64,000 bases of DNA from Chiloscyllium plagiosum. Lineage: Eukaryota. Each line of letters starts with the position of its first letter. The first letter of the stretch is position 1. The position numbers and the translations under genes are program-made. Shown here in pieces: positions 39,466 through 52,231 of the stretch. The notes beneath the pieces were generated by a model. The model made no database searches and was not told the DNA's origin. It was given only the letters and a program-made list of their open reading frames with translations. The stretch lies in contig NC_057718.1 in assembly GCF_004010195.1 (NCBI RefSeq), positions 83,774,624 through 83,838,623 on the forward strand. Reading direction: 5' to 3'.

Positions 39466-41779
39466 CTATCCCTAATCATTACTTGACTTTCCAAATACAT
39501 GTACATCCTGTCCCTCAGGATTCCCTCCCAACAATTTGTCCACCTTCAATGTCCAGCTCACTTGTCAGTAGTTCCCTGGCCGGCCCTTGCCTTTCTTAAA
39601 TAGTAGTACCACATTAGCCAGCCTTCGGTCTTCTGGCAACTCACCTCTGCCTCTCGATGATACAAATATCTCAGCAAAGGGCCCAGCAAGCACTTCTCTA
39701 ACTTCCTACAGAGTTCTCAGGACAACCTGATCAGCACCTGGGGATTTATCCACCTTTTTATGCTTTTCAAGGCATCCAGCACTTCCTCCTCTATAATATG
39801 GGCATGTTTCAAGCTGTCACCATCTATTTCCCTACATTCCATATCTTACATGTCCTTCTCCACAGTAAACACTGATGCAAAATATTTGTTTACTATCTTC
39901 CCCCATCTCGTGCTGCTCCACACACAGGCTGCTTTTTTGATCTTTTGAGGGGCAATATTCTCTCCCTAGTTACCGTTTTGTCCTTAAATGTGTTTAGAAA
40001 ATGCCTTTGGATTTTCCTTAACCCTATTTACCAAATATTTCTCATGTCCCCTTTTTGCCCTCCTCATTTCTCTCTTAAGTATACTCCTACTTCCTTTATA
40101 CTCTTCTAAGGATTCACTCGCTCTATCCTGCCTATACCTGACATATGCTTCCTTCTTTTTCTTAACCAAATCTCAATTTCTTTTGTCATCCAGCATTCCC
40201 AACACCTACCAGCCTTTTCTTTTCACCCTATTAGGAATATACTGTCTCTGAACTCTTGTTAATTCATTTGTGAAGGCTTCCCATTTTCCAGCTGCCCCTT
40301 CTACCTGCAAACATCTGCCTCCAATCAGCTTTTGATTGTTTTTGCCTAATACCGTCAAAATTGGCCTTTCTCCAATTTAGAACTTCAACTTTTAGATCTG
40401 GTTTATCCTTTTCCATTATTTAAAACAAATCGAATTATGGTTGCTGGCCCCAAAGTACTCCCCCACTGACACCTCAGTCACCTGCCCTGCCTTAGTTCCC
40501 AAGAGTAGGTCAGGTTTTGCACCTTGTCTAGTAGATACATCCACATGCTGACTCAGAACATTTTCTTGCACATACTTAACAAATTCCTCTCCATTTACAC
40601 TCTTAACATTATGGCAGTCCCAGTTTATGTTTGGAAAGTTAAAATTCTCTACAATAACCACCCTGGTGTTCTTACAGATGACTGAAATCTCCTTATAAAT
40701 TTGTTTCTCAATTTCCCTCTGACTATTCGGAGGTCTAAATACAATCCCAACAAGGTCATCATGCCTTTCTGATTTCTCATTTCAAACCAAATAACTTCCC
40801 TGGATGTATTTCCAGGAATAACCTCCCTAAGTACTGCTGTAACGCTATCCCTTAGCAAAAATGCCACTCCCCCTCCTCTCTTGCCTACCTTTCTGTCCTT
40901 CCTGTAGCATTTGGATCATGAAGCTGGCAATCGTGTCTATCCCTGAGCCATGTTTCTGTAATTGCTGTGATAGCCCAATCCCATGTCCCTAACCATGCCC
41001 TGAGTTCATCTGCCTTCCCTGTTAGGTTTCTTGCATTGGCAAATTAAACTGCATTAATTTCAATCTTGACTCACTACTTTTCTCAAATGTACCAGTCTCC
41101 GATTGTTCGAGGCACTGACCACCCATGATCAGCTATGATGGGCTGGGCACATCATCTGCATGACTAAAATGAAACTTAGCAAGTAGTTGCTCTACTCCCC
41201 ACCCTCAAATCAGCAGGCAATCTCCAGGTGGTCAGAGAAAGCCCTTCAGTGATATCGCCCAAGGCCTCACTGGCCAAGTGCGGCATTGCCGCAGACAACT
41301 GGAAATCACTGGCACAGCAATCAGAAATAGCACTTTGTTCTGTCATCTAAACCTCACAAATACCAAAGCAGGTAGCAGCGTTACGAATTTTCGCCAGTCA
41401 AGGTGCAGTCCAGCACATAAAGACAAAATTATTAAGACTTCATGCTTTTCATTTTTAACAACTGTATTGGATGTATTCTAATATAAGCCAAGCATTTGCA
41501 ATTTTTCTGGTAGTGGTTTGGTGGTTACATTATTTTCCCAGAGTAGGGAGACGTATTACATGATTTTAAAAATTGAGACTCTGACTTGTCTCAAAAACCA
41601 TTCTCTTGTGCTGGAAAATTTCATTGAGCTTGCCACAGATGTCAAAAGATTTTGTGTACAGCAATGAAGGTCAAAATAATTTGGCCTGAGCAGTTGTGAA
41701 ATCTAAAGGCCTGATATTGATTTTCTCGAAATAGATAGCATTTCTCTCAAGACTCTGGGAAAGTGGAAAAGCACAAAGT

Positions 41780-43850
41780 GAGGGAGGTGTCAGAACAATC
41801 GCTAACTGATTACAACTGAACATTGAAAAATTCAAAAGATAAACAAGATTGAGCATGGTTTTGTCAAAGGCACATCCACTGTACTGGAGCTATTGAATGA
41901 GTACTATGCATACTATAAAGTACTATAAAGGGGAGCCTGCAGACAAATTTTACTTGGATTTCCAGAAACTAGCTGATAAACTGTCAGCAAATGTAATTGT
42001 AAAACTTAAAGCTTACACTATATAGGAAGTGGGTAATATATTAGCATGAATAGAAGAATGGTCGACTAGCAAAAACAAAGTATGCATAAATGGTTCTCAA
42101 TCCCACAGCAGTCTGTACTCAGGGCTCAACTTTGTACAATTTACATCAATGACTTAGATGAGCAAAGTGAAACCATTGTATCTAAAGCCACAGAAGACAG
42201 CAAGATTGGCAGCAAAGTATATTGTGAAGACAATGAGTTTGCAGACAAATGTAAATTGAGTGAGTGGACAGATGGAGTACAGGCGCAAGGAAATGAAAAG
42301 TTGTTCACTTTGGTAGGAAGAATCAAAGTACGTAACTGTGGAATTTAAAGATTCAGAAAGATTTCAGTGTTCTGGGGATGAGGCAGAAGAACTGAGCACC
42401 AGGTTTATAATCAAGAAGGCGAATGGGATCTTCTCCCTTTCTACAAGGGTAATTCATTCTAAAACTAAGGTTGTTGTGCTTGAATTATTGAGGAAATTAG
42501 TGAAACCATATCTTAAACACTGTGGAGTTTTGATTTCCTTATTTGAGGAAGTATGTAACTGCATTGGTTGTGGCTCAGGAGCTTTACTCAAATTACATTT
42601 AGAATGAGTGGACTTCTTTTTCATCAGAATTGATTGGACTGGCTGGGTTTGTTTCCACTGGAAGTTTAAAGGTGTGAGGAGTGACTTGATTGGAGTGAAC
42701 AAGATCTCAAATGCTATTGACCAGGTGGATGTGGAAAGAATGTTTCGTCTTGTGAATCAGTCCCAAACCATTTTAAAATGAGGACAGAGGTGAAGAGAAT
42801 TTTTTGCCTCTGTTGCATGTCTTCAGAACTCGGTCACGAAATATATCTGGATAGACATCTTGTTCTGCAAGGGAATTAAAATTTTATGGATGGTGGTGGT
42901 ATTAGGCTGAGGGGAGTGGTGATGAAGTGGCAGTATGAAATAGATCAGCCTTAATCTGTTGAAAGGCAGAGCCAGCTTGAGGGACCAAATAGTCCACTTG
43001 TGCTCTCATTTCATGTACTAATTTGAAATTTGGAAGAGAGAAGGAGCTAGTCATCATCAAATACCTAAAAGACAGGCAGAAGCTGTGCTTAGAGTCTTTT
43101 GCAGCCAGTGAAGAAATATATCTGCACCAAAGTACAGCTTGAGCAACTTGGGCTCTGGGTCACTAAGCTGCAGTCCAAGCTACAGATGTAGTGGGGTAAC
43201 AAACAGGAAGAAAGTTACATGAATACTTGGTCTCCCTCACATTCCCCCAGGTTGAGTTGAATTTGAAAGTTGGTCAATGTTTGTGGATGAGATGGTGTGA
43301 CTCGAGTCATGCAGCAATGGGAATCCAGCTGCTCAGAAGACTCCGTCCTCAACTTTGATCAATAGATACAAAGATAATTGTTATCTGTGTGGATGCGGAC
43401 CTGGACAGGTACTGCAAGGTGGATAAGCCAAGTGACCATGATGTCCAATGCCTTTCAAGTGGGTGCAATGAAAAGAAATGTGGTATTGATTGAGACCGTA
43501 CAGCCAAGGGGGGGATTTGTTGTCTGCACCTAGGAGTTCTGAACTTTATGCTGTGTTCAATGCTGAATAAGATGAAGAATATTTCATCAATGTTAGAGAG
43601 GAAAATGGAGAAGAAAGGGATACACGCAGTTGCAGTGGTCCACGTAGGCACAACTAACACGTCAAACTAGGAACAAGGTTCTGATGAGAGGGTTGAAGTT
43701 AGGTTCCAAAAATGAAATTTTCAATGGCCTTTTCGTCTTTATTGCTACGGGACAGAAGCTTGAAAGTAGTTTGCCAAAGTTTTATGTGAAGCTTTGGTGA
43801 GACCCCATGTGGAGTACTGTGTGCCACTTTGTCTCCATATTTGTTTTTTT
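41780..43850 (+). mobile_element. Old CR1 remnants (RT/3' end ~41780-43010, ORF1 esterase piece ~43050-43700)
   Basis: IYINDLDE and LVKPYLKHC for ORF2. gtggtccacgtaggcacaactaac encodes VVHVGTTN, an SGNH-like CR1 ORF1 motif. Confidence 0.7.
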
Positions 43851-43854
43851 TTGT

Positions 43855-46185
43855 GCAGGCCCTTCGGCCCTCTGTTGCGCCGCCCTGTTATACTAATCTG
43901 AAGCCCATCCCACCTACACTATTTCATCTACGTCCATATGCCCGTTCAATGACGCCTCAAATGCACTTAAACTTGGCGAATCTACTACTGTTGCAGGCAA
44001 AGCATTCCATACCCTTACTATTCTGAGTAAAGAAACTACTTCTGACATCTGTCTTATACCTATCTCCCCTCACTTTAAAGTTGTGTCCTCTCGTGTTTGC
44101 CATTCCCATACTTGGAAAAAGGCTCTCCCTGTTCATCCTATCTAATCCTCTGATTATCTTGTATGTCTCTATTAAGTCACCTCTCAAACTTCTTCTCTCT
44201 AACGAGAACAGCCTGAAGGCCCTCAGCCTTTCCTCGTAAGATGTTCCTTCCATACCAGGCAACATCCTAGTCAATCTCCTCTGCACCCTTTCCAAAGCTT
44301 CCACATCCTCCTTATAATGCGGTGACCAGAACTGTACACAATACTCCAAGTGCGGCCGCACCAGAGGTTTGTATAGCTGCAGCATAACCTCCTGGTTCCT
44401 GAACTCAATCCCTCTATTAATAAAGGCCAAAACACTCTATGCCTTCTTAACAACCCTGTCAATCTGGGTGGGACCTTTTCAGGGATCTGTGTACATGGAC
44501 ACCGAGATCTCTCTGTTCATCTGCACTCCCAAGAATCTTACCATTATCCCAGTACTTTGCATTCTGATTACTCTGTCCAAAGTGTATCATCTCTCACTTG
44601 TTTGCATTAAACTCCATTTGCCACCTCAGCCCAGCTCTGCATCCTATCTGTCTCTCTGCAACCTACTAAATCCTTCGTCACTATCCACAACTCCACCGAC
44701 CTTCGTGTCATCCGCAAATTTACTAACCCACCCTTCTAAGCCCTCATCCAGGTCATTTATAAAAATGACGAACAGCAGTGGACCCAACACCGACCCTTGC
44801 GGTACGCGGCTAGTAACTGAACACCAAGATGAACATGTTCCATCAACTACAGCCCTCTGTTTTCTTTCAACAAGCCAATTACTGATCTAAACTGCTATGT
44901 CTCCCACAATCCCATTCTTCTGCATTTTGTATAATCGCCTACTCTGGGGAACCTTATTGAACGCCTTGCTGAAATCCATATATACCACATCAACTGGTTT
45001 ACTCTCATCTACCTGTTGGTCACTTAGTCAAAAAAGTCAATAAGAATCATTAGGCACGACCTACCCTTCACAAAACCATGCTGACTGTCGCTGATCAGAT
45101 TGTTCTTTACTAGATAGGATTTATAACCATCTCTTATAACCTTTTCCAACACTTTACCAACAACTGAAGTGAGACTCACTGGTTTGTAATTACCAGGGTT
45201 GTCTCTACTACCCTTTTTGAACAAGGGAACCACATTTGCTATCCTCCAGTCATCAGGCACTATTCCTGTAGACAATGATGATTTGAAGATCAATGCCAAA
45301 GGCTTGGCAATCTCTTCCCTTGCTTCCCAGAGGATCCGAGGATAGATCCCATCTGTCGCAGGGGACTTGTCTATTTTCACACTCCGCAATATTTCCGATA
45401 CCTCTTCCTTGTGAACCTCAATCTCTTCTAGTTTAGATGCAAGTATCTCTGTATCTTCCTCGCCAACATTTTCATTTTCTATAGTGAACACTGTCGAAAA
45501 ATATTTATTTAGTGCTTCCTCTATCTCCTCTGACTCCACACACACAACTTCCCACTATTATCTTTGATTGGCCCTAATTTAACTCTCATCATTCTTTTAT
45601 TCCTGACATACCTATGGAAAGCCTGAGGGTTAACCCTGATCCTATTCTCCAACAACTTCTCATGTCTCCTCCTGGCTCTTCTGAGCTCTCTTTTTAGGTC
45701 TTTCCTGACTTCCTTGTAACCCTCAAGCGCCCTAACTGAGTTTTCACATTTTGTCCTAACATAAGCCACCTTCTTCTTCTTCTTCACCAGGGATTCCACT
45801 TCCTTAGTAAACCACGGCTCACGTGTTCTATATCTTCCTCCCTGCCCGATAGGTACGTACTTATCTAGGACACACAGAAGCTTTTCCTTGAATAAGTTCC
45901 ACATTTTTAATGTGCTCATTCCCTGCAGTTTCCTTCCCCATTCTACGCTTCCTAAATCTTTCCTAATTGCATCGTAATTTCCTTTCCCCCAGCTGTAACT
46001 CTTGATCGGTGGAGTACACCTATCCCTTTCCATCACTAAAGTCAACCTGACAGAATTGTGATCGCTGTCTCCAAAGTGCTCACCTACTTCCAAATCTAAC
46101 ACCTAGCCAAGCTAAATCTAAAGTGGCTTTGCCCCTTGTAGGCCTATCTACATACTATATCAGGAAGCCCTCCTGCACACACTGG
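43855..46185 (-). mobile_element. Relatively young 5'-truncated CR1
   Basis: GEHFGDSDHN, IVPDDWRIANVVPLFKKGSRDNPGNYKPVSLTSVVGK and LVRPHLEYCVQFWSP in order. Confidence 0.95.
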
Positions 46186-47322
46186 GTACAGGAAGGGTAT
46201 ACTTAGTTGAGTGTGTGTAATGATGAGTAAACTGGGCCTATACTGTAAAATTGAGGATAAGAGGTGATTTCATGAAATCTACAAGAATCTAAAAACAAGT
46301 TTGAGAGAGCAGATATTTGAAAAGTCGTTTATGCTGGCTTAGTTAAAAAGAAAACAAATTTCACTAATTAAAATATCTAATGGCTAAATGGAATAGCTCA
46401 AATACTGTCACTCACTCACAGATCATGACATTGATAACCTGGTCAAAAGGTCAAATGAACATTCATGTAAGGCACAACTTGTAAAATCTCATGGCACTGT
46501 ATTTTTGCGAGCCAATGATTTACCTGCTAATTTACAGCCACTTGGAGTAATTATAATGACAGCAAACAGAGATGACATATGAAAATACAGGTCAAAATTA
46601 ATAGAAGCAGCATTTCAACATATTTTCTTGGATCAAATTTTACAAAACTAAAATCATCTTGTGTATATCATGTTTGTTTCCTTCATAAATAATATTTGGA
46701 ATTGGATTTCTATTTTTACCTGTTGATTACAGATGTACTGAAATGTTATAGCCTGGGACTACAACTGAATTCCCAGTTAATCCATGAAATAGACCCTAAT
46801 TTTACTACTAATTTAGTTTGAGGAATAAGACAGTAGCTAATTTTCCACTCTCCAACCAAGGACATCCGCCAAATGTTGCTGCCTAACCAGTGTTCTAGCT
46901 AGGATCACCTAACTGCATACAAACTTGGCCTAAGACTGAGATTTAGAAATCATTTTTAATGCAGTCAGAAGTGTTTCTTAATGCTTTTTAATGTAATATT
47001 ACACTTCCATTCATCATTTTTTCTGTAGCAGAGCACCCAGCTTTTCTGGGAATTTCTAATTAATCCATGTTAAACTTCCTGAGAAGCTGAGTAGTTGGGT
47101 AACATTTTAATCACATTTTCAGTTCCACCAACCAATGTATGGATAGGAGATAATGAGAACTGCAGATGCTGGGCAGTAAAAATTGATAAAGACCTTGAGC
47201 TGGAAAAAGCAAAGCAGGTCAAGCTGTATCAAGAAAAAGGTAATTCGACGTTTCGGGTCAGAACCTTTCATCAGGATTGTGGGAGGGGATAGGAGCTGCA
47301 AAATAAGTAGAGGGAGGGGTGG

Positions 47323-47790
47323 TGTCATCCTATTTCCGCCTCAGTTGAAGCAAAACGCTCAGACGGTGTAGTTTTACTTCCTTCACCTTTTACTCTGGGC
47401 CCTGGAGGGAGAGAAAACGGTTGCCCATGTGCAAATGGATGAGAGTTCATGGTCTTCTCTGGAAAGCAGTTTCTCAATGCACTTTTTAGTCTTTTTACAG
47501 GGAGGAGCACCCAGATAAGGCAACATACATATTGATTGGGTGACTGTTACAGTCAGCGAGTGACAATAGTAAAGATTAAGTTATCTGCTGTTACACAATG
47601 CATGTTCTTAACTTTGTTAAATGGCTTTACAAAATGAATGCTTTTCCATCTTGTTAACCCACTACCCTTGCCTCCAGCACCTCGTTTACTGCAAGTTCTT
47701 ATCTTGTCCAAGTCAAGGTAGCTGAGCCTTTGTTACACAACCCAAAACTTAACTCTTTCCCTACCTGGCCACACCTAATACACTTTCTCA
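47323..47790 (-). mobile_element. Solo LTR, family A (copy 3)
   Basis: TG...CA termini and a perfect 4-bp TSD GTGG (47319-47322 / 47791-47794). Confidence 0.85.
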
Positions 47791-47914
47791 GTGGGGCTGG
47801 GCAAATGGTAGGTGGGATGGTGAAAGACCGATGCAGATAAAAGGTGGCTGTGATTCTTCAGTGAGAAGAGTGGAGCGGATCGGTGGGAAGGAAGACTGAC
47901 TGACTGACTGACTG

Positions 47915-48043
47915 GGAGAAAGTGAGGACTGCAGATGCTGGAGATCAGAGCTGAAAAATGTGTTGCTGGAAAAGCGCAGCAGGTCAGGCAGCATCCAAGG
48001 AGCAGGAGAATCGACGTTTCGGGCATAAGCCCTTTTCCGGAAT
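47915..48043 (-). mobile_element. Single PLE terminus inserted in an older PLE
   Basis: Near-identical to 50767-50882. Flanked by CTGACTGACTG (47904-47914 / 48044-48054) within an (ACTG)n run. Confidence 0.85.
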
Positions 48044-50158
48044 CTGACTGACTGTCAGGTGGAGATAGAAGGCTGGGCCTGGAATGAGGTTGACGGGATG
48101 GTGGAGAAGAGTTGGAAGCTGGTGAATTCTATATTAAAGCTGAATGGTTGTATGCTCTGAGACAGAAGATGAGGTGTTCTTCCTCTAGTTTGCGTGTGGC
48201 CTTCTGTTGGAGGATGTACATGTTGGGGGAGTGAGAGGGGCAGTTGAAATGGATGGCAGCTGGAAGGTGGAGTTGATGGGAGTGTGCAGATCATAAATGT
48301 TCTCTGAACCGGTTCTTGAGTTTGCGCTCACTTACTCTCTCAATATAGAAGTGACCACATCGGGAGCGACAGATGTAATAAATAGATTTGAGCTGCTCCA
48401 TTTAGCCGTTGGGTATTTTAGTTATTGAAGTTTGTTTTCTTTTTAACCCATCAACGTAAACAACCTTTCAGCCTCTGCTCTTTTAAACCTCTTTCGATTC
48501 TTGTAGATTTCGTGAAATCATATCTTATCCTCAAATTCAGAATATGAACCCAGTTTACTCGTCATTACACAAGCTCGCATCTATAATGTTTGAGCAGTGT
48601 CCAAGGTTAGCTCATCCTGATTTCCTGCATCCGTTGCTACCGATATGGTCTCCTCTACATTGGAGAGACCAAGCGCAGACTCTGGAACCAATTCAGGGAA
48701 CACTTACAGTCCATATGCTGTAAATCAACCCCACCTTCCAGTTATCATCCATTTCAACTCTGGCAATGACATGTCTATCCTGGGTTGCCTCCACTATCAA
48801 TACAAGGCAACTTGTAAACTGGAGAACGAACACCTCATCTTCGGTCTCAGATGGCCTCATCCAAAAATTCATCAGGGCCTCATCCAGCAGATTGTTGAGG
48901 CATCTAAGGAAGAAGCTGTGAGCTCTCGGGCCAACCTGGAGGGGAATGGAGGGAGAGGGGTATTGGATCTCCATGGTGAATAGGGGGAGGGAACTGGAAA
49001 TTATCAATAGGATGGAGGACACAGGAATCATGGATGTAGGTGGGCCGGGTCTGGACAAGTGGAGAGGAGTCATGTTGGGAGGGAATGAGCTCAGTGGGGC
49101 TGGAAGATGCTGATATGATGGGTCTATTGAGACAGTCTGATTTATGAATTTTGGAAAAGAGGTAGAAACAGGCTGTCTAGGGTGTTGGGAGACGACTGGA
49201 TTGGAGGTGGAGGTATTTCTGGAAGTACTGCGGTCGATGACTATCCTGGCAACAGGAGCTTGATGTTCACATCTGGGATCATGGTCCAGGTGGCAATGGA
49301 AAGAAGTGTCTGAAAATTGGTGATGAGTCTTTGAAAGGGACTGATCACTGCGCCTGACTACAGTAACACTACATTTGTCAGCCAGCTTGAAAACAAAGTT
49401 AGGGTTGGACCTATGTCAGTGAAGTACAGCTATTTCAGAAGCGGCCAGGTGAGTATCGGAGAGAGGGGCAAAGAAGTTTGAGATGGCTGATGTCATGTCA
49501 GCAGTTTTCAATGAAGAGATTGAGGGCAGGCTACAGGCCAGATGGAGAGGTCCAAGTGGAGGGTGAACCATGAATGTGGGTGAAGGGATCAGTGGAACGT
49601 GGAGAATTTTTTCTCGACCAATACCCTACACCCACCATCACTATTCCTGCCAACTAGAGCACAAATGTTGTACCTCCACACTTCAGTTCTGAAGAAGTCA
49701 TTTAAATGTTAGCTTGCTATCTCTCCATGATGCTGCCTGACCCTTTGTGATCTCCAGCATTTGTTTTCAGAACAGATTCCAGTGTCTTCAGTAATTTGTT
49801 CCTATCACTTAAGGATGCAGGATAGGCCATTAAGAACGAAGTTGAGAAATTTCTTCACCTTAAGAAGTTAGGTCCAATGTAGGTTTTCAGGCTAAAGGGT
49901 ACACAAAGCAGAAACTGTGTACAATCACTATTGGATAATCACCCATGAATATGCGGAATGGCAGAGCAAGCTTGGAGGGTTGAATAGCCTGCTCCTATTA
50001 TCTATGCTTCTAACTGAATTAGATGTTTCGTGTTCACTGCTAATGTGTCAATAATATTTTGCATAAATATAAAAGGTACCAGTTTTCTCCAAAGGAAAAA
50101 TACCTCAAATTAAGCAACAACAGAGCATTGGCATTCAGCATTTTTTTTTCTCCTGTAG

Positions 50159-50197
50159 CCTGTGAAGAAGAAAGCACTAAATGACTGGGTTTGGTGA
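50159..50197 (+). CDS. Candidate terminal coding exon of an unidentified plus-strand gene (PVKKKALNDWVW* or xCEEESTK*)
   Basis: Strong acceptor ttttttttctcctgtag in non-repetitive sequence. ATTAAA at 50290-50295. No homology recognised. Confidence 0.3.
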   Translation, partial: PVKKKALNDWVW

Positions 50198-50763
50198 AGC
50201 TAACAATTAATGGTACCATTTAGTTGTATTCCAGATTTTGAGTACTAGCCTTTTTATGAATGATGAATTATAAGTTCATCTGCACAATTATTAAACAAGA
50301 TGGCGGGCAGGTTGTTGGAGGGAATCCTGAGGGACAAGATTCACATGTATTTGGAAAGGCAAGGACTGATTACGGATGGTCAGCATGGCTTCGCATGTGG
50401 GAAATCATGTCTCATAAACTTGATTGAGTTTTCTGAAGAGGTAACGAAGAGGATTGATGAGGGCAGAGCGGTGGACGTGATCTAATGGACTTCAGTAAGG
50501 CATTTGACAAGGTTCCTCATGGTAGACTGGTTATCAAGGTTAGATCTCATGGAATACAGGGAAAACTAGCTATTTGGATACAGAACTGTCTCAAAGGTAG
50601 AAGACAGAGGGTGGTGGTGGAGGGTGCTTTTCAGATTGGAGGCCTGTGACCAGTTGTGATGGATCCACTGCTTTTTGTCATTTATGTAAATGATTTGGAT
50701 GTGAACATAGGAAATATAGTTAGTAAGTTTGTCGATGACACCAAAAATTGGAGGTGTAATCGA

Positions 50764-50980
50764 CCAGAGAAAGTGAGGGCTGCAGATGCTGGAGATCAGA
50801 GCTGAAAATGTGTTGCTGGAAAAGCGCAGCAGGTCAGGCAGCATCCAAGGAACAGGAGAATCGACGTTTCGGGCATAAGCCCGAAGAAGCCTGAAGAAGG
50901 GCTTATGCCCGAAACGTCGATTCTCCTGTTCCTTGGATGCTGCCTGACCTGCTGCGCTTTTCCAACAACACATTTTCAGC
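50764..50980. mobile_element. Palindromic mini-PLE
   Basis: Near-perfect ~85 bp inverted arms. 12-bp TSD AGGTGTAATCGA (50752-50763 / 50981-50992). Confidence 0.93.
50891..50918 (+). ncRNA. Minimal type-I hammerhead ribozyme core
   Basis: CUGAAGA-A-GGGC-UUAU-GCCC-GAAAC-GUC, with predicted cleavage after C50918. Helix I is weak in this copy. Confidence 0.7.
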
Positions 50981-51046
50981 AGGTGTAATCGAGAGCCAAG
51001 AATGTTATCTCTGATCAAGATCCCGTTGTAATCGATGGGTGAATGG

Positions 51047-51573
51047 TTCTGGATTAGTGGTGCTAGAAGAGCACAGCAGTTCAGGAAGCATCCAAGGAGC
51101 TTCAAAATCGACGTTTCGGGCAAAAGCCCTTCAGGAATAAAGGCAGTGAGCCTGAAGCGTGGAGAGATAAGCTAGAGGAGGGTGGGGTTGGGGAGAAACT
51201 AGCATAGAGTACAGTGGGTGAGTGGGGGAGGGGATGAAGGTGATAGGTCAGGTCAGGGAGGAGAGGGTGGAGTGGATAGGTGGAAAATAGTCTCCTTTTC
51301 CACCTATCCACTCCACCCTCTCCTCCCTGACCTATCACCTTCATCCCCTCCCCCACTCACCCATTGGACTCTATGCTACTTTCTTCCCACCCCCACCCTC
51401 CTCTAGTTTATCTCTCCACGCTTCAGGCTCACTGCCTTTATTCCTGATGAAGGGCTTTTGCCCGAAACGTCGATTTCGAAGCTCCTTGGATGCTGCCTGA
51501 ACTGCTGTGCTCTTCCAGCACCACTAATCCAGAATCTGGTTTCCAGCATCTACAGTCATTGTTTTTACCTCAA
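51047..51573. mobile_element. Palindromic PLE insertion with ~240 bp arms (second subfamily)
   Basis: 51047-~51288 is the reverse complement of ~51297-51535. 10-bp TSD GGGTGAATGG (51037-51046 / 51574-51583). Confidence 0.92.
51444..51471 (+). ncRNA. Minimal type-I hammerhead ribozyme core
   Basis: CUGAUGA-A-GGGC-UUUU-GCCC-GAAAC-GUC. Both catalytic boxes are canonical and stem II is 4 bp. Confidence 0.75.
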
Positions 51574-52231
51574 GGGTGAATGGGCTGAGGCATGGTAGAT
51601 GGAGTTTAATTTAGATTAATGCGAGGTGCTGCATTTTGGAATAACAAATCAGAGCAGGACTTAATGGTAAGGTCCAATGGAGTATTGCTGAACAAAGAGA
51701 CCTTGGAGTGCAGGTTCATATTTCCTTGAAAGTGGAGTCGCAGGTAGATCGGATAGTAAAAAAGGCATTTGGTATGCTTTCCTTTATTGATCAGCGCGTT
51801 GAATACAGGAGTTGGGAGCTGTACAGGACATTGGTTTGGTCACCTTTGGAATATTGCGTGCAATTCTGGTTTCCTCCCTATTTGAAAAGATGTTGTGATA
51901 CTTAAAAGGGTTCTGTAAAGATTTAGAATATGGCCAGGGTTGGAGGTTTTGAGTTATAGGGAGGGGCTGAGTAGGTTGGGGGTGTTTTCCTCGGAGTGGA
52001 GGCTGAAGGGTGACCTTAAAGAGGTTTACAAAATTTATGAGGGGCATGGATAGAATAAATAGACAAAGACTTTTCCCTGGGATCTGGGAGTCCAGAACTA
52101 GAGGGCGTAGGTTTAAGGTGAGACAGGAAAGATATAAAAAGGACCTAAAGGGTGACTTTTTCACACTGTGGGTGGTGCATGAATGGAATGAGCTGCCAGA
52201 GGATGTCGTGGAGGCTGGTACACTTACAACA

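Larger units (their letters stand above)
37098..41045 (-). mobile_element. CR1 LINE, most of ORF2, decayed
   Basis: APE (NFNFPNINW), RT (GKSCLTNLIEFFEEVTKRID, SQGSMLGPLLFII, KFADDTK) and C-terminus (RGDLIEV) in order. Tail near 37100. Confidence 0.93.
36050..41330 (+). mobile_element. RTE-clade LINE remnant in two pieces (~36050-37095 and ~41060-41330)
   Basis: RGISLLSTIGKVIVEVLLNYL, KAFDTI and KLRYADDTCLCA. The tgggctgggcacatc (WAGH) motif resumes after the CR1. Confidence 0.8.
47148..49810. mobile_element. Rearranged cluster of PLE fragments (minus 47148-48385, plus ~48600-48860, minus ~48860-49620, plus tail to ~49810)
   Basis: Terminus with hammerhead at 47247-47274. Plus-strand ggtctcctctacattggagagaccaagcgcagact encodes GLLYIGETKRR (GIY-YIG). 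Confidence 0.75.
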
